A stretch of DNA of 64,000 bases from Mobula birostris (taxonomy: Eukaryota), in NCBI RefSeq assembly GCF_030028105.1, contig NC_092380.1, positions 70,553,717-70,617,716 of the forward strand. The letters run 5' to 3'. Positions 1 to 13,247 of this stretch are shown piece after piece. Made by a program: the position numbers and the translations under genes. Position 1 is the stretch's first letter. The number at the start of each line of letters is the position of its first letter. The notes beneath the pieces were generated by a model. It had not been told where the DNA came from. It worked only from the letters and a program-made list of their open reading frames with translations, and made no database searches.

Positions 1-950
1 CAACACCATAGTGATGTCAAATTGTGTCGAATTACACACAGAAAATGACAATTGAGCAGAAGTTATTTGCATCTTGAAGTATTTGATTCCACTTCATGAC
101 TAGTGAGACATCTCCATGATACTTGAACAACTTAAAGGATATTGAAACACTATTTATGTGCGTTTCACACATAATGCACACTAAAGGTTTTCAATTCGAT
201 ATTAAATGGTATTAGATCTAAAATAATACGATCACTCTTCAGTGGAAATGTTTTCACCACCCAAGTGCAGTGAACAGGAAGCAATTGCTGATTATTGTAT
301 TTGAATAGTAAGATGTTAAATGTTTTCATGACCATTAATGATTGCTTTCGAACATCATGTTAACATTATTTAATTTGTACTAAATATACACAATATTAGC
401 TGAATGTACAATGACTTTGTTTAAAAAAAAACAATAGAACCCGACACAATAAATTGATTTTTGAAACCTTAATAGAAAATTGTGAAATAGTGGTGTGCTA
501 GTTATATTTACTGTCTACATTAATAACTTCATTCGGGCTCGTCAGCTGTGGTTGGTAATTCATCTAGGAGAAGGAAAACTCTGTTCTCAAACCTCTGCTG
601 TCTTGTAGCTACAGTATATCTGCTCACAGGAAGGCTTTGGGAGTAAACCCCATGGGAAAAATCCAGAGCGGAGTCCCTAAGGCAGTCCTGTATTGAGTTC
701 AATGCTGACTGACATCTCCTGTGACGCTGCTGGTGCCAAACTATATCAGTCCTTGCAGTTCCTTTGGGTTCATTGGATGTGTGGAGAGTGTGAGCTTGCT
801 ACATGGACAACAGCTTTCTCTCCGTATTGTACTGCCCGGGCTTGCATATCTAGACAGCTAGCATGTAACATCCATGGTCAAACCTGACCTACAGAGATCT
901 CATCATTAATGGAGGGAACACAGTATGAGTTATTCAAGTTTATCTAAAAA
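1..950. repeat. Diverged duplicate (copy 1) of the last-exon/3' flank segment, interrupted by an insertion
   Basis: Positions 1-524 and 904-950 align colinearly with about 6050-6610 (e.g. gaacaacttaaaggatat / aaacaacttaaaggatat; ttattcaagttt). Homology runs off the window start. Confidence 0.85.
525..903. mobile_element. SINE-like insertion with 7-bp TSD
   Basis: Absent from the paralogous segment at about 6570. Flanked by CATTAAT at 518-524 and 904-910. Its distal part resembles the SINE body at 33150-33270. Confidence 0.7.
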
Positions 951-1469
951 TCAGAGTACTGGTGAACTTTATATCTTAAAAAAATGTGAGGTTGTTTTTT
1001 CACGTTTCGGTTCAAAAGGAGATCGATGTATATATCCAACAATGCAGCTGCCTGCAGACGCTGCGGCTGCCAGATCCTTGCCACAGGGGGTCATGCGAAG
1101 TGTGACCCAGCTTTAAAGTATATTCTTCAATCTGACACAAGAGATTGTGTCTGCTGGTTCATCTATATATTCAGGAGAATTATGGAATGTTATCCATTTT
1201 TACAGATGGACCAAAACATAATTTAACTGGGAATGTTGCTGTGTATTTTTGTGCCTGAATTACAGGTAGTAGTAAAGTAATGACTTACTAGTCAGTACCA
1301 ATATAGACAGCAGAATTGGTTGCCATCATGTTAGGCTTACAGTGGGTGGATGAAATTGCCCATATGAGGTTGTATTTTGTTCCAATTCCTTTTCAGTTTT
1401 GATGAGTCTTACAAGAAGTCATTCGAGTGGTAGGTCAGATGTATTGTTGGAAGCTCAAACATTATTTTA

Positions 1470-1612
1470 TATACAAAGTCACAAACAAGAGAAAATCTGC
1501 AGATGCTGGAAATCCAAGCAATACACACAAAATGCTGGAGGAACTCAGCAGGCCAGGCAGCATCTATGGAAAAGAGTACCGTCGATATTTCAGGTAGAGA
1601 CCCTTTGGCAGG
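1470..1612 (-). mobile_element. Penelope-like element 3' tail with decayed hammerhead motif
   Basis: Same tail sequence (atgctggaggaactcagcaggccaggcagcatctatgg) as the GIY-YIG-encoding copies at about 15950 and 60050. Confidence 0.75.
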
Positions 1613-1614
1613 GT

Positions 1615-3900
1615 CTGCCAAAGTCCTGCAACACTGTACTACAACTTTCTGGCTTCTCAATGTCACATCCCATTTACTACCTCATCCTGAATGCTGAGTG
1701 ACTGAACCTTCCTGACTAGCCTCCCATGACGGACTTCGTCAAATGCCTTACTGAAGTCCATGGAGACAACGTCCACTGCCTTACCTTCCTACATTTTCCT
1801 GATAACTTCCTCGAAAATCTATACAAGATTGGTTAGACATGGCCTACCACTCAGGAAGCCATGCTGACTGTCCTTTATCAGTCCATGACTACTCAAATAC
1901 TTATATGTCAAGTCCCTGAGAATACCTTTTGCTAATTTTCCCACAACTAATGTCAGACTCACTGGTCTATAATTTCCTGTTTTCTGTTTAGAGCCTTTTT
2001 AAATAGTGAAACAATATGGCTATTCTCCAATCCTCTGGTACCTTTCCTGTCTCTAAGGATGATTTAAATATTTCTGCTAGGGCCCCAGCAATTTCTGTAC
2101 TTACCTCCCTTATGTTCCAAGGGAACACCTTCAGTGTTGGGGATTTATCCACCCTGATTTACCTCATGACAACAAGCACTTTCTCTTCAGTAATCTGTAC
2201 AGGGTCCATGAAGTTGATGCTGCTTTGCCTCACATCTATAGACTTTGCATCCAACTCCAAAGTAAAAATAGATGCAAAGGATGCATTTAAGATCTCCATC
2301 TGTTTTGGCTTCACACTTGGATTACTATCCTAGTCTTCCAGAGAACCAATTTTGTCCCTCGCAAACCTTTTGCTCTTAACATATCTGTAGAATCCCTTAG
2401 GATTCTCTGTCACCTTGTCCGCTAGAGCAACTTCACGCCTTCTTTCAGCCTTCCTGATTTCTTTCTTAAGTGTTTCCTTGCATTTCTTGTACTCCCTTAA
2501 GCACCTCATTTGTTCCTACTTGCCTATACCTGCTATGCACCTTTTTCTCTTAACCAATATCTGTTGAAAACGAACGTTCCCTACACTTGCTATCTTTACC
2601 TTTTATTCTGACTGCCATGCACAAGCTTTGCACTCTCAAAATTTTGCTTTTGAAGGCCTGCCACTTTCCAAATACACCTTTGCCAGAAAACAGCCTGTCC
2701 CAATCCACACTTGCTAAATCATTTCTGATACCATCAAAATTGGCCTTTCTCCAATTTAGAATCTCAACCTGCAGACCAGCCCTGTCTCTTTGCACATTTC
2801 CTTTGAAAATAATGGCATTGTAGTCACTGGCTGCAAACCCTACACAAACCTCTGTGACTTGACTTGTCTGATTCCCTAATAGCAGATCCAGTTTGTATGC
2901 TCTGTTATTCGGACTTCTATATACTGATGAAGAAAACTTCCCAGAACACATTTGACAAACTATCCCATCTAGTCCTTTTACGGTAGGGCTTTCCCAGTCA
3001 ATATATGGAAAGTTAAAGTCACCTACTATAACAACCTTGTTTCTTGCAAAAGTCTGTGATCTCTTTACACAGTTGGTCCATTAAATCCCTAGGACTGCTG
3101 GGTTGTCTGTAATTAATTATTAACCTGATCATAGCTTTATTTCTCAGTTCTGCTCATAAAACCTCACTAGTCAAGTACTCCAGTCTGTCCTGATGGAACA
3201 CTGCTGTGACATCTTCCCTGACTAGTAATGTCACCACTTCTCCTTTAATCCCTCCCACTCTGTCACGTCTAAAACAATGCTACCTCAGAATACTGATTTG
3301 CCAGTCCTGCCCCTCCTGCAACCAAGTTTCACTAATGACTGTAATGTCATAATTCCAGGTGACGATTCATGCTCTGAGCTCCTGTGATATTTCTTGTTTG
3401 AAATATGTGCTCAGGACACTAGTCGCACCATACTCAAACTTTTGATTGCTGACTTTGTCTGGGGTCTTACAAACATTTGCCTCCAGAACCTCTCCACTGA
3501 CTGTCCTGGTGCTCTGATTTCCATTGCCCTGCATTCCTAGCTTAAACCCCACCACACAGCATGAGCAAACCTTCCCACTAGGATATTAGTCTCCCTCCTG
3601 TTCAAATGCAAACCATTCCTTCTGTACAGGTCGCACCTTCCCCTGGAAGTAGCCAATGATCCAAAGATCTTATGTCCATCCTCCTACACCTACTCCATAG
3701 CACATATTAAGTTATATACTATTCCTAATTCCAGTCTCAGAAGTGCATGGCATGGGTAGAAATCCTGAGATCACAGTCCTCGAGATTCTGCCTTTAGCTT
3801 AGCTCCTAATTCCCTATGCAGAACCTCATCACTCATCCTACCCATGTCATTGGTACCTACAGGGACCATGATCTCTGACTGTTCACCCTCCTTATTTCTC
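1615..3900 (-). mobile_element. CR1-clade LINE fragment (ORF2 and upstream), decayed
   Basis: ORF 2550-2951 reads NWRKANFDGIRNDLASVDWDRLFSGK…, typical of CR1 ORF2. Many stops and frameshifts. Confidence 0.8.
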
Positions 3901-3975
3901 TATGAGAAATCAACTGTTTTAAGTTTTTGCAGTTCCATGGGAAGTCTTAAAGAAGAGGAGTACAGCCTGGGACTT

Positions 3976-4460
3976 TGTCAGGGCACGGGAGCAGGGATCC
4001 AATCGTTGACCCAGTACTGTACACACAGTGATATTAACTGTGTAACAAATCCCAAGGTGCAAACAAAGTCAGCGTCAAAGTTCAGGCAGAGATCAAAAGA
4101 TCCAGATAAATCCAAAAAATGCAGAATAGGGAAATAGGCAGAGTTGATATTCAGACAGAGTATAGATATGAATGCTGGAAAGGCTCAGGAAAATTAACTA
4201 GCACTATCTGGCAACAAACAACTGAAACCACAGGACTGAAATACACTGAGCAATAAACAGAGAGGCAGATGATAGGTGGAGCACAATGAGGCACAGGTGG
4301 CAGTAATACAGGTAATAATGAGGAACAGATGGAGTACTCTGTAATACAGGGGCCAGAGTAGAGCAGGAGTGGCAACAGGAACACATGGCAATACAGAATC
4401 ACAGACTGACAGCTAGGGGGAAACACACAAAAAGACAGAGTTCAACTGGAGGTACTGACA
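3976..4460. mobile_element. Solo LTR
   Basis: TGTCA…TGACA termini; 5-bp flanks GACTT/GATTT (one mismatch). Confidence 0.6.
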
Positions 4461-5099
4461 GATTTGTGCTTTGTGTTTAATCTGTTACTCTGTTTCTTGA
4501 TTCCATTTAGTCAGTTACTTCCTTTCTTCTTTTCTAAATCTGTTGCATGTTTACTGTGTCTTAGTATGTTACTTCGTTACTTGTTTCTCCATATTATTGG
4601 TTTAGGGTGACCCATTTCATACTGGCCGTATGAAATTTGAGTTGAAATTTAGTAGAAATTTGGGCAACTTTATTCTGGATATGAGATGGCCACATCTCAG
4701 AGGGAATTTAGCACTTGGGGACCAATTCTTGTAGTACTATTGTTGTATTTTCTAAATAACCAGTGGCTAATCAGGAGCAGTGCATTTGTATCTCCCTGCA
4801 TTACAGAATGGCAAAGTGTTGGATGGTGATTTGTGGTGGGAGATCGTGTGGTACATTTCTGGGGATGGTGTTCAAATTTGCACACTGGATTAACAGTCAG
4901 ATTGCTAAATTTGTATGAAGACTCCTTACATCATCAAGGAAGGGGAGCCAGTGATATTGATCCTTTTGAAAGGGAAAGGACTGTGAGGGTATTATCTGGT
5001 TTCTTGGGCTTTTGTATTCTGTTTTGGGGGAGCTGGGAAGGAGTAGTCTTCCAGCCAAACCCTGACCCAGAGTATGGTAACAGCCTTAAAGAGACTTGA

Positions 5100-5960
5100 G
5101 CCTCAATAGCCTTGGTGGAGTTGAATGTTTTACGGCTGGTCTATACCTGTGTACCATTTGTATAATTAGAATGTCCTGACTCTTAGTGATTTCCCCAGCT
5201 GACAGTTGGTGTAGCTGGTATGTTGAGTACAGGAACAAGGTGCAAGGTGGATGGCAAGTGTGAGAAGGAACAGTATCCTTGGACAGCTGTGTCTATGCCA
5301 AATGGTGTTGGGAAGCTGGGCACTGGTTGGATGCTGAATGGCACTTCCTGGATATGCAGTCCCAAACCTACCTGTGGTTCTGATAGGGTGGTGTGATTGA
5401 TATGTGGTGCCATTTGTATGCCACCCCAGTTACCTGGATGAGCACCTTGCCCATGCTGGTCAGTAAGAAAGCTATGACAAAGGAACGATATTTTGAATGA
5501 TAGTCTTTCTCAGCATGGCATGACCAGACTGTCCCAGGAACTGATTTTGATGGCCTTGGATTACCTGTTCACAAGGGAAGGTGGCACTTGTCCTGTTGTT
5601 GGTTAAGAAAGCAGCACCTACTTTCCTGATGGGTTGGTGAACATCACTCACCTGGTAGATCATACCTCAGGGTCCATGGATAAAAGTAAGTGGGGTCCAG
5701 CTTATTGGCTATTACACTCCAGGGTGGGGCTGGTGAACTTTTGGGGCACAGAAGGGCTGATGGACTACTATAGCACACTGGAAGTGACTATTGGATTTAC
5801 AGTACTGAGTATTGTGCTCTTGTGGTTTATATATAACTTAAGAGTCTGTGAGAGTCATACTAGTCTGAGGGTTGGATCATCACATTTGGAACTTTTGAAG
5901 GATGGAGTGTCCTGTGGGGGTGGGCCTTATTCTGATTGTCAAAAGTCGCTTCCATTGTGA
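5100..5960 (-). mobile_element. Highly decayed LINE RT fragment (possibly Ingi/Vingi-like)
   Basis: ORF 5472-5663 (…KVGAAFLTNN…TIIQN) loosely resembles non-LTR RT motifs. Clade uncertain. Confidence 0.3.
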
Positions 5961-6049
5961 TTGGTTAGTTTAAAAGCTGCAGTTGCTTTTCCCAATGGAT
6001 AACTGTCTGGTGTCCAGTTTGAAATATCCTGGGTGTATAAAATAGCACA

Positions 6050-6610
6050 TTGAAGGGGTGAATATTGTGTAGTCTCACACACAGAAGATGATAATTGAAC
6101 TGAGGTTATTTGCATATTGAACTGTTTGATCCCATTTGCTGAGTGGTGAGATATTCCCTTGAAATAGGTGTAAACAACTTAAAGGATATCCAAAAACTTT
6201 TTATGTGCATTTCATACATAAAACAGACTAAAGGCTTGCAATTAGATTATAAATGGTATTTTATTAGATCTAAAATAATATTTGATAACTGTTTAGTAGG
6301 AAGGTTTTCTCCACCTAAGTGTAGTAAACAGGAAGCAAGTATTGAAAATTGTATTTGCATAGTAAAATATTAAATGTTTTCATCACCATTATTGATTACT
6401 TTCCAACATTATGTTGACTTTATTTAATTTGTATTAAATTTGCACAATATTAACTGAATGTACTGTGTCTTGTTTTAAAAAAATAGAACCAGACAAAATA
6501 AATGTTCATCCAAAGCTTAACAGAGAAATGTGAAATAGTGGGGTGTTACTTATATCTACTATCTGATAATTTAATGAAGGGAACACTGAGTTATTCAAGT
6601 TTGTCTTTAA
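6050..6610. repeat. Diverged duplicate (copy 2) of the last-exon/3' flank segment
   Basis: Colinear with 1-950 and, more weakly, with 7880-8110. Confidence 0.85.
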
Positions 6611-6639
6611 TATGAAGGTAGACATATGAAGGTAGATAT

Positions 6640-7320
6640 GTTGTGATGAGAAACACAGTGTGGCCTCCTCTATATCAATGAGAGCTGATGTAGATTGGAG
6701 GTTCGTTCTGACTGCCACAACAGGCTGATTTTCCTGGTGGCCACCATTTTAGTTCTACTCCCCATTCCCATTTCAACATGTTGATTAATGGCCTCCTCTA
6801 CTGCCTCAATGAGGCCAGTCTAAGGTTGGAGGAGCAACACCTCATATTCCATCCGAGGAGTCTCCAACCTGACAACGTGAACTTGAATTCCCTAACCACT
6901 AATTTCTCCTCGTCTCCTTCTCTTTGCTTCCGTTCCCCAATCGGACTCCTCGCTTATCCCATTTCTTCTCCTCAACTCCCTCTGGTGCCCGTCCTCCTCC
7001 TTCTCCCGTGATCCATTATCCTTCTTTTCTTCTTTACCTTTTCCACATACCGTCTCCCAGAGTCACACTTCACCAATCCACTAAACTTCCCCCCTCACCT
7101 GGCATCTTTTATTTATCACCTGCTAGCTTCTATTCCTTCTCTTCCCCACTTATTCTAGCTTCTTTCCCCTCTCTTTCCAGTCCTGATAAATCATTCTTGT
7201 TCTAAACATCAGCTGTTTATTCTTCTGCATGGATGCTGTGTGGCCTGCTGAGTTCCTTCAGCATTTTGTGTGTGTTACTCTGGATTTCCAGCATCTCCAG
7301 AATCTCTTGTATCTCTGATG
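6640..7320 (+). mobile_element. Penelope-like element 3' part, decayed
   Basis: GIY-YIG C-terminal sequence (aggttggaggagcaacacctcatattcc), pyrimidine-rich tract and shared tail. Confidence 0.75.
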
Positions 7321-7339
7321 GGAATGTTTGGACTCAGCA

Positions 7340-7870
7340 GCAGGAGACGGATAAGTTAAGTAAATGAGTGAAAACATGGGAAATGATGTTTAATGCGGGC
7401 ACTTGTGAAATCATGCACTTTGGCAAGAGGAATCAAAAGGAAAGCTCTGATTTAAATGGAGAGGGTTTACAACTGGGGGGAGTTTCGAGGGATCCAGGTG
7501 TTCCTGTGCACAAACAGCATGAAGTTAGTGGAGAGTGTAGCGGGATCCTGGTGTTCCTGTGCACAAACAGCATGAAGTGAGAAAGGCAAGTGGCATATTG
7601 GTCTTTATTACCAAGAAGTTTAAAAACACAAACTATTATTACAGAATACAAAGTTTTGGTGAGGCTACACCTGGAAGACTAAAAAAAGACTTCCTAGCAT
7701 TGGAGGTAGCCCAGAAGAGATTGACTATGTGAATATCTGGAATGAAAGGGTTTCTTATTACAAATGGTTGAAGTGGTTCAATCTTTATTCTTTGGAGTAC
7801 AAAAGAATATGGCGTGCCACAAAACTCAGAAAGCACAAAATCAGAGGGCAGTAAGTCATCCTTGACCCCA
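7340..7870 (+). mobile_element. CR1 LINE fragments, decayed
   Basis: Similar to the CR1 copy at 55100-55500 (atgcactttggcaagaggaat; gtgaggctacacctgga). Confidence 0.6.
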
Positions 7871-8020
7871 AGGCACTGCTTATGAAGTAACAAAGTAAAA
7901 GTAATTATTGATTATTGTGTTTGAATCTAAAATATAAAATGATGTGTCCACAATTAACGAATATATTCCAATATTTCAGATAGGTTTACCTAATTTAATT
8001 AGAGTTTAATTACCAGAATA

Positions 8021-8082
8021 CTAGTGTCTTTTGTTTAAATCACTAAGATGGCATCGGTAACCTGTTAATAGTTCATTCAAAA
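8021..8082 (-). CDS. NCR3LG1: B7-H6/NCR3LG1-like gene, probable last coding exon (VLNELLTGYRCHLSDLNKRH*)
   Basis: Two in-frame phase-1 acceptors 240-260 nt after the TM exon: caattcag| (start 8082) and ctattaacag| (start 8061). TAG at 8021-8023. No transcript evidence. Confidence 0.55.
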
Positions 8083-8324
8083 CTGAATTGAAAACTGTGA
8101 TGAAAATGTTAACCCGTGAGAATCATAATAAGACTAGTGGATGATATTGCGGGACAGAAAAAGAAACAGTCTTCTAATTCTGAATAAATTTTAAGAAATT
8201 ATTATAATTTCAACTTTGAGTTAAGCTTCAGATAACAAATATATTTTAATAAATTATCAACAGATAATTAAGCATTTTATTTTTCATACTCCAGTCAACC
8301 TTTATAAACCGAGAAAAGCGTTAC

Positions 8325-8429
8325 CTTTAGATATTTTCTTCCAGATACAAATTCCAAAACCCAGAACACAAAGTAGTATGATAATGCCAAAGATAATTCC
8401 AGCAGTCAGTTTACTTCGTTCTTGTTCTG
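8325..8429 (-). CDS. NCR3LG1: B7-H6/NCR3LG1-like gene, transmembrane exon (AEQERSKLTAGIIFGIIILLCVLGFGICIWKKISK)
   Basis: NAGNAG acceptor cttgttttag|cag| allows a start at 8429 or 8426. Donor AAAG|GTAACG, phase 1-1. About 22 hydrophobic residues followed by a WKK stop-transfer. Confidence 0.9.
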
Positions 8430-8921
8430 CTAAAACAAGCACAAGTTTTTGAAAACTTGAAAAATGAATAAACTATGTATTTACAATATTCATGAGAATA
8501 TATTACTAACTTATTCAACTTATCAGTTTGACTTATCCCCTGCATGAGTTAGTGGTACAGATCACATGCATTATATTTATTTTCAAGATGTGAAATAGCT
8601 GAAGATTGACACCTTTATGAATGAATGTCACGTGTATTTGGGCTGATTCTAATTGTTTCTGTACTATGTTTTTATCGGCTGAAGCAGCTAACTAAAATTT
8701 TTTTCTATCTCTTTGGATAGTTAAATTAGAGGCAAATTAGAATCAATCTCAAATAAGCCATTTTCACATTTTCTGTATAAACAGTGTGATTGCTGGTTGA
8801 GCTGATAATAATATTTTGCTCCACGGTCAATGTCCATATGTGAGGATTATCAGGGAATTTTGAATATTGCAGCACAATATATTGGAAATAAATTCTGCAT
8901 ACTTTTCCAATTGGATCTTAC

Positions 8922-9218
8922 CTTTAGCCATGTTGCTTGCCAGTGTAAAATTTCCATGGAACTCTTTGTGCTTCACTGTACAGATGTACTTGGCAGAACT
9001 ACTCGCCATCGGTTCTACTCTTACTTTAGTGATAAGACTAAATGTCCCACTTTGGTCCATAACGATATCATCAATAGACTGATCTTTTGAAATATCTTCC
9101 ACTTTTTCATCTAGTACTTTTAACCATCTGACTGTAATTTCCTTTGGATAAAATTCCTTTACTTCACATATTGCAAAGTGCTCCTCTTTTTGCATAAATA
9201 CATTGACTTTTGGTTTGA
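8922..9218 (-). CDS. NCR3LG1: B7-H6/NCR3LG1-like gene, IgC1 exon
   Basis: Acceptor ctcttccacag|TC, donor AAAG|GTAAGA, 297 nt, phase 1-1. Contains the C1-set hallmarks CEVKEFYPKEITVRW and YICTVKH. Confidence 0.9.
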
Positions 9219-9599
9219 CTGTGGAAGAGAGAACAGAATAAGTTCATGATTAATATATATTACCGAATACTCTTGTTAGAGCTTACTGACATCAGCAATG
9301 AGGGACCAGAAAACTATATTCTATGCATTCAAGCTTTAAGCTGTTGTTCTTTTTGTTTATTTGCATATTTCTTACTTTTTTTTGTAATTTATCAGTTAAA
9401 AATGCAGTGGAGTGTCTACATCTTGATGCAGAATGTACGAGATAGGAATTCAAGTCTAAAGGAATCCCAGAGAACTGATGCATAATCTTAAACATTCTGC
9501 CAACTTTAAGGACATCAGGATCATTGAGAATAGTGATCTTTCAGTCCACAGTGGGGGTGGGGAGTCATTTGGTATAATCTCAGCCAAAACGCTGGGCAT

Positions 9600-9890
9600 T
9601 TGGGGCGGCTCAGTAGCATAGTGGTTAGTACCACACTTTACAGTACATGCAACATGGGTTCAATTCCCACCACTGCCTGTAAGGAGTTTGTATGTTCCCT
9701 ACGTGACCAGGTGGGTTTCCTCCAGGTGCTCTGGTTTTCTCCCACAGTCCAAAGGTGTACTGGTTAGTAGGTTAATTGGTTATTCTCAATTGTCCTGTGA
9801 TTTGGCTAGGGTTAAATCGGGGGTTGCTGAGCAGTGCGTCTCGAAGGGCTGGAAGCGTTTATTCCACGCTGTATCTCACATAAATAAAAA
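9600..9890 (+). mobile_element. tRNA-derived V-SINE (HE1-like)
   Basis: tRNA-like head (tagcatagtggttag…gggttcaattcc) followed by the V-domain ggagtttgtatgttc…gggtttcctccaggtgctctggttttctcccacagtccaaag. Confidence 0.8.
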
Positions 9891-9974
9891 CATCCCAGCT
9901 GCTTAATATTGAGGTTAAGAGGCTAGGACTGTAAGTGGTAAGAGTAGCATTCATGGCAATGGTAATGTTAATAA

Positions 9975-11295
9975 TAGCACTCACATCTACGATGATGAAA
10001 TGCTTGGAGATGTTGGTCATGGTCAGAATCAAAATCTGTCTCAAAAAGGAACTGGACCCATTGCAATTTGCCTACCACCACAATAAGTCTGCAGCTGATG
10101 CGACCTCAACGGCTCTCTATGCAGCCTTGGACCACCTGGACAATGCAAATACCTATGTTGGGATGCTGTTTATTGACTACATCTCAACATTTGATATCAC
10201 CATTCCTACAGTCCTGACCAGAAAGCTACAGAACCAAAGCCCCTGTGCCTCCCTCTGCAACTGGATCTTCAGCTTCCTAACCAGAAGACCATAATCTGTG
10301 TAGATTGGAAATAACATATCTACCTTGTTGACAACCAACACCGGTGTGCCACAGGGTTGTGTTACACCCATGACTATGTGGCTGGGCACAGCTCAAATGC
10401 CAGCTATGACTTTGCTGATGGTACAACCATTGTTGGCAGAATTTCAGATAGTGACAAACAGACGTGGGGGTGAGATACACTAGTTAGTTGAGTGGCCTCA
10501 CAGCATCAAACTTGCACTCAACATTCGCACGACCAAAGAGCTGATTGTGGACTTCAGAAAGGGTAAGACGAGGGAACACAAACCAATCCTCATAGAGGGA
10601 TCAGAAGTGGAGAGAGTGAGCAGTCCCAAGTTCTTGGGTGTCAATATCTTTGAGGACCTAACCTGGATGCAAAATATTGGTGTAGCTATAAAGAAGGCAA
10701 GACAGTGGCTATATTTAATTTGGAGTTTGAGGAGATTTGGTTTGTCAACTAAAAAACATTCAAACTTCTACAAATGTACAGTGGAGAGCATTCTGACTGT
10801 CTGGTATGGGGGAGGGGGCTACTGCACAAGATCTAAGTAAGTTACAGAAACTTGTAAAATTAGTCATCTCTATCATGGGTACCAGCCTCCGCAGTATCCA
10901 AGACATCTTCAAAGAGTAGTGCCTTAGGAACGCAGCGTCCATCATTAAGGACCCTCACCACCCAGGTATGCCCTCTTTTCATTGTTACCATCAGGAAGGA
11001 GATACAGAAGCCTGAAGACATGCACTCAGTGATTCAGGAACAGCTTCTTCCCCTCTGCCATCCGATTTCTAAATGGACAATGAACCCGTGTAAACTACCT
11101 CACTATTTTTTTTATTTCTGGGTTTTTTTTTGCACTATTCATTTTTAACTTAACTATATAATAAATATATATACTTACTGTAATTCTTGTTTTTTTCTCT
11201 ATATTTATTTATCATGTATTTCATTGTACTGCTGCCGTAAAGTTAACACATTTCACGACGTATGCCGATGATATTAAACTTGATTCTGATTCTGA
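9975..11295 (+). mobile_element. Rex1/Babar-clade LINE 3' half
   Basis: LDPLQFAY…LDHLDNANTYVGMLFIDY motifs; ends in aataaa-like tattaaac plus a (GATTCT)n tail. Confidence 0.85.
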
Positions 11296-12199
11296 ATATT
11301 GATATTAGTAATAATGATAGCAACAATGTCAGATCTCAGTTTCGCTACATCGGTGACATTACCTCCTGTTTATAATACCTCAGAATAACTGATGTGATCA
11401 ATCTCACTCAAACCAAATGGAGTATCTGAATATGTAATAGTCAAGTGTTGTTACCACTTTCACAATTACATGTAAGAAACAGCCCAAGTGGAGAAGTCTG
11501 CTACATTGAATTCCAACAATAGAGTTAACTTTTCCATGAGATTAGAGGTAAAAAGTAGTCTTTGCTGAAACTTCACCACAAAACCATCCCAGATAATTCC
11601 TTGTATTGTGTCAGCCGTTGAAATCTATGGATTTAACATTAGGATTTAACATATGGATTAACATGCATAATGCCATAATCTCTTGATTGCCACTCACTCA
11701 TTGCACTTGGGATCACCACTCATGTTCAAGTTAATTATCATTTAACTCTTCATGAATACCCATGAAAACAGTAAATTGAAACAGTATTCCTCCGGGGTCA
11801 AGGCACAAAATACAATACCAACAGTGATACACAGCACAAGGCACATGTTGCACATATAGATAGCAGTAAACATACAGTCACACAAGAATATGTAAAGAGA
11901 GAGCTCACACCCCTGAGTGACGTATCCTAACTGCATAGACAGGCAGTTCTCAGCAGTCCAAAGATTGGAGGGGCAAATTCCCAAATACAACAATACAATT
12001 CTCATAGAGAAAGGCATTAATTAAAAAGAATGACCATGTATTTATGTAGATGCTGTAACACACTGCAGCTTCCCAAGGAATTCTGCATTGAAATCATTCA
12101 CTATGGGAAAGCTTTCTGATGCTTTATTGAAAATGCTGGAGTTTACAGACTTAGATCTACCTTAAGTATGCAGAAAAGAGAGGGCCTGACATTACTGAA

Positions 12200-12712
12200 T
12201 GGAATTGAATTGAATTGACTTTATTTCTAACATCCTTCACAGACATGAGAAGTAAAAATCTTTACGTTACATATCCGTCTAAATGTGCAATGTGCAATCA
12301 TAGTAATTTATAATAAATAGAACAGACAATGTAACATAGAAATACACTCAAGTCAGTGTGAGTTAATCAGTCTGATGGCCTGGTGGAAGAAGCTGTCTCG
12401 GAGCCTGTTGGTCCTGGCTTTTATGCTCTGCTACCGTTTCCTGGATAGTGACAGCTAGAATAGATTGGGGTGGCACGGGTCCCAATGATCTTTCAGGCAC
12501 TTTTTTCACACCTGTCTTTGTAAATGTCCTGAATTATTGCAAGTATACAACTACAGATGTGCTGGGCTGTCCACACCACTCTCTGCAGAATCCTGTGATT
12601 AAGAGAGGTACACTTTCCATACCAGGCAGTGATGCAGACAGTCAGGATGCTCTCAAGTGTGCCCTTGTAGAAAGTTCTTAGGATCTGTGGGCCCATACCA
12701 AACTTCCTCAAT
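12200..12712 (-). mobile_element. Rex1/Babar LINE 3' end
   Basis: ORF 12493-12771 (…QILRTFYKGTLESILTVCITAWYG…); same family as 45140-46470. Confidence 0.8.
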
Positions 12713-13146
12713 CGTTGCACGTCAGTGTGCAAAAGTGATTCAATTCTAAAATTACAAAATTGGGATTTCACTCATTAGTCAAAGCTCACATTTGAACAGA
12801 TCTAACTGGCCCATGACCTCTAGTATAGGCACCAGATATGAAGCCTTCACTTTGTGTCAGTGCAGAAAGCCATCTTTATTTGAGTTGCCACAGTAGGTAA
12901 TAGGCTGGCTCCAAGGCCAGATAGTTGTGACACATAATCCAAGCACATGCAATCACCATAAAAATATAATGTATATGCTTCATGTGAAGCATGATGGAGT
13001 GGGGCAGTGGCCTACTGGACTAACACCTCCATCACTTGAACTGTTCTACAAGATATGATTGAGTGTCAAAATTGGTAATGGTCTACTGCACACTACATAA
13101 GATTGTTACTTTTTAGAGCCAAACTTTATCAAATGCAACATAACAA

Positions 13147-13247
13147 TCAGTTGAGGGAGAAGAACAAGAAGATCAAGGCAAGGACAAGAAGGAAGATGAG
13201 AAAGAAGAAAAGAGCAAGACAGCCAGGAATCCCTTTCCTTGGGATGC
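13147..13247 (-). CDS. Candidate alternative terminal exon after the V exon (GIPRKGIPGCLALFFFLIFLLVLALIFLFFSLN*)
   Basis: Branch-like CTGAT followed by ttcattctgcacag| acceptor, phase 1, in frame with the V exon through a 171-nt intron. Open for 32 codons to TGA. AATAAA on the minus strand at 12875-12880. Caveat: the segment is CTT-rich, so its hydrophobicity could be compositional. Confidence 0.4.

Noticed and set aside
950-1470. Search for TM or Ig exons of a second B7-H6 paralogue between the duplicated 3' segments
   Set aside because: No Ig cysteine/tryptophan pattern or TM exon with splice sites was found by eye on either strand.
9600-9670. tRNA-like sequences here and at about 33020-33085 and 46700-46770
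   Set aside because: These are SINE heads with A/B boxes joined to SINE bodies, not complete tRNA genes.
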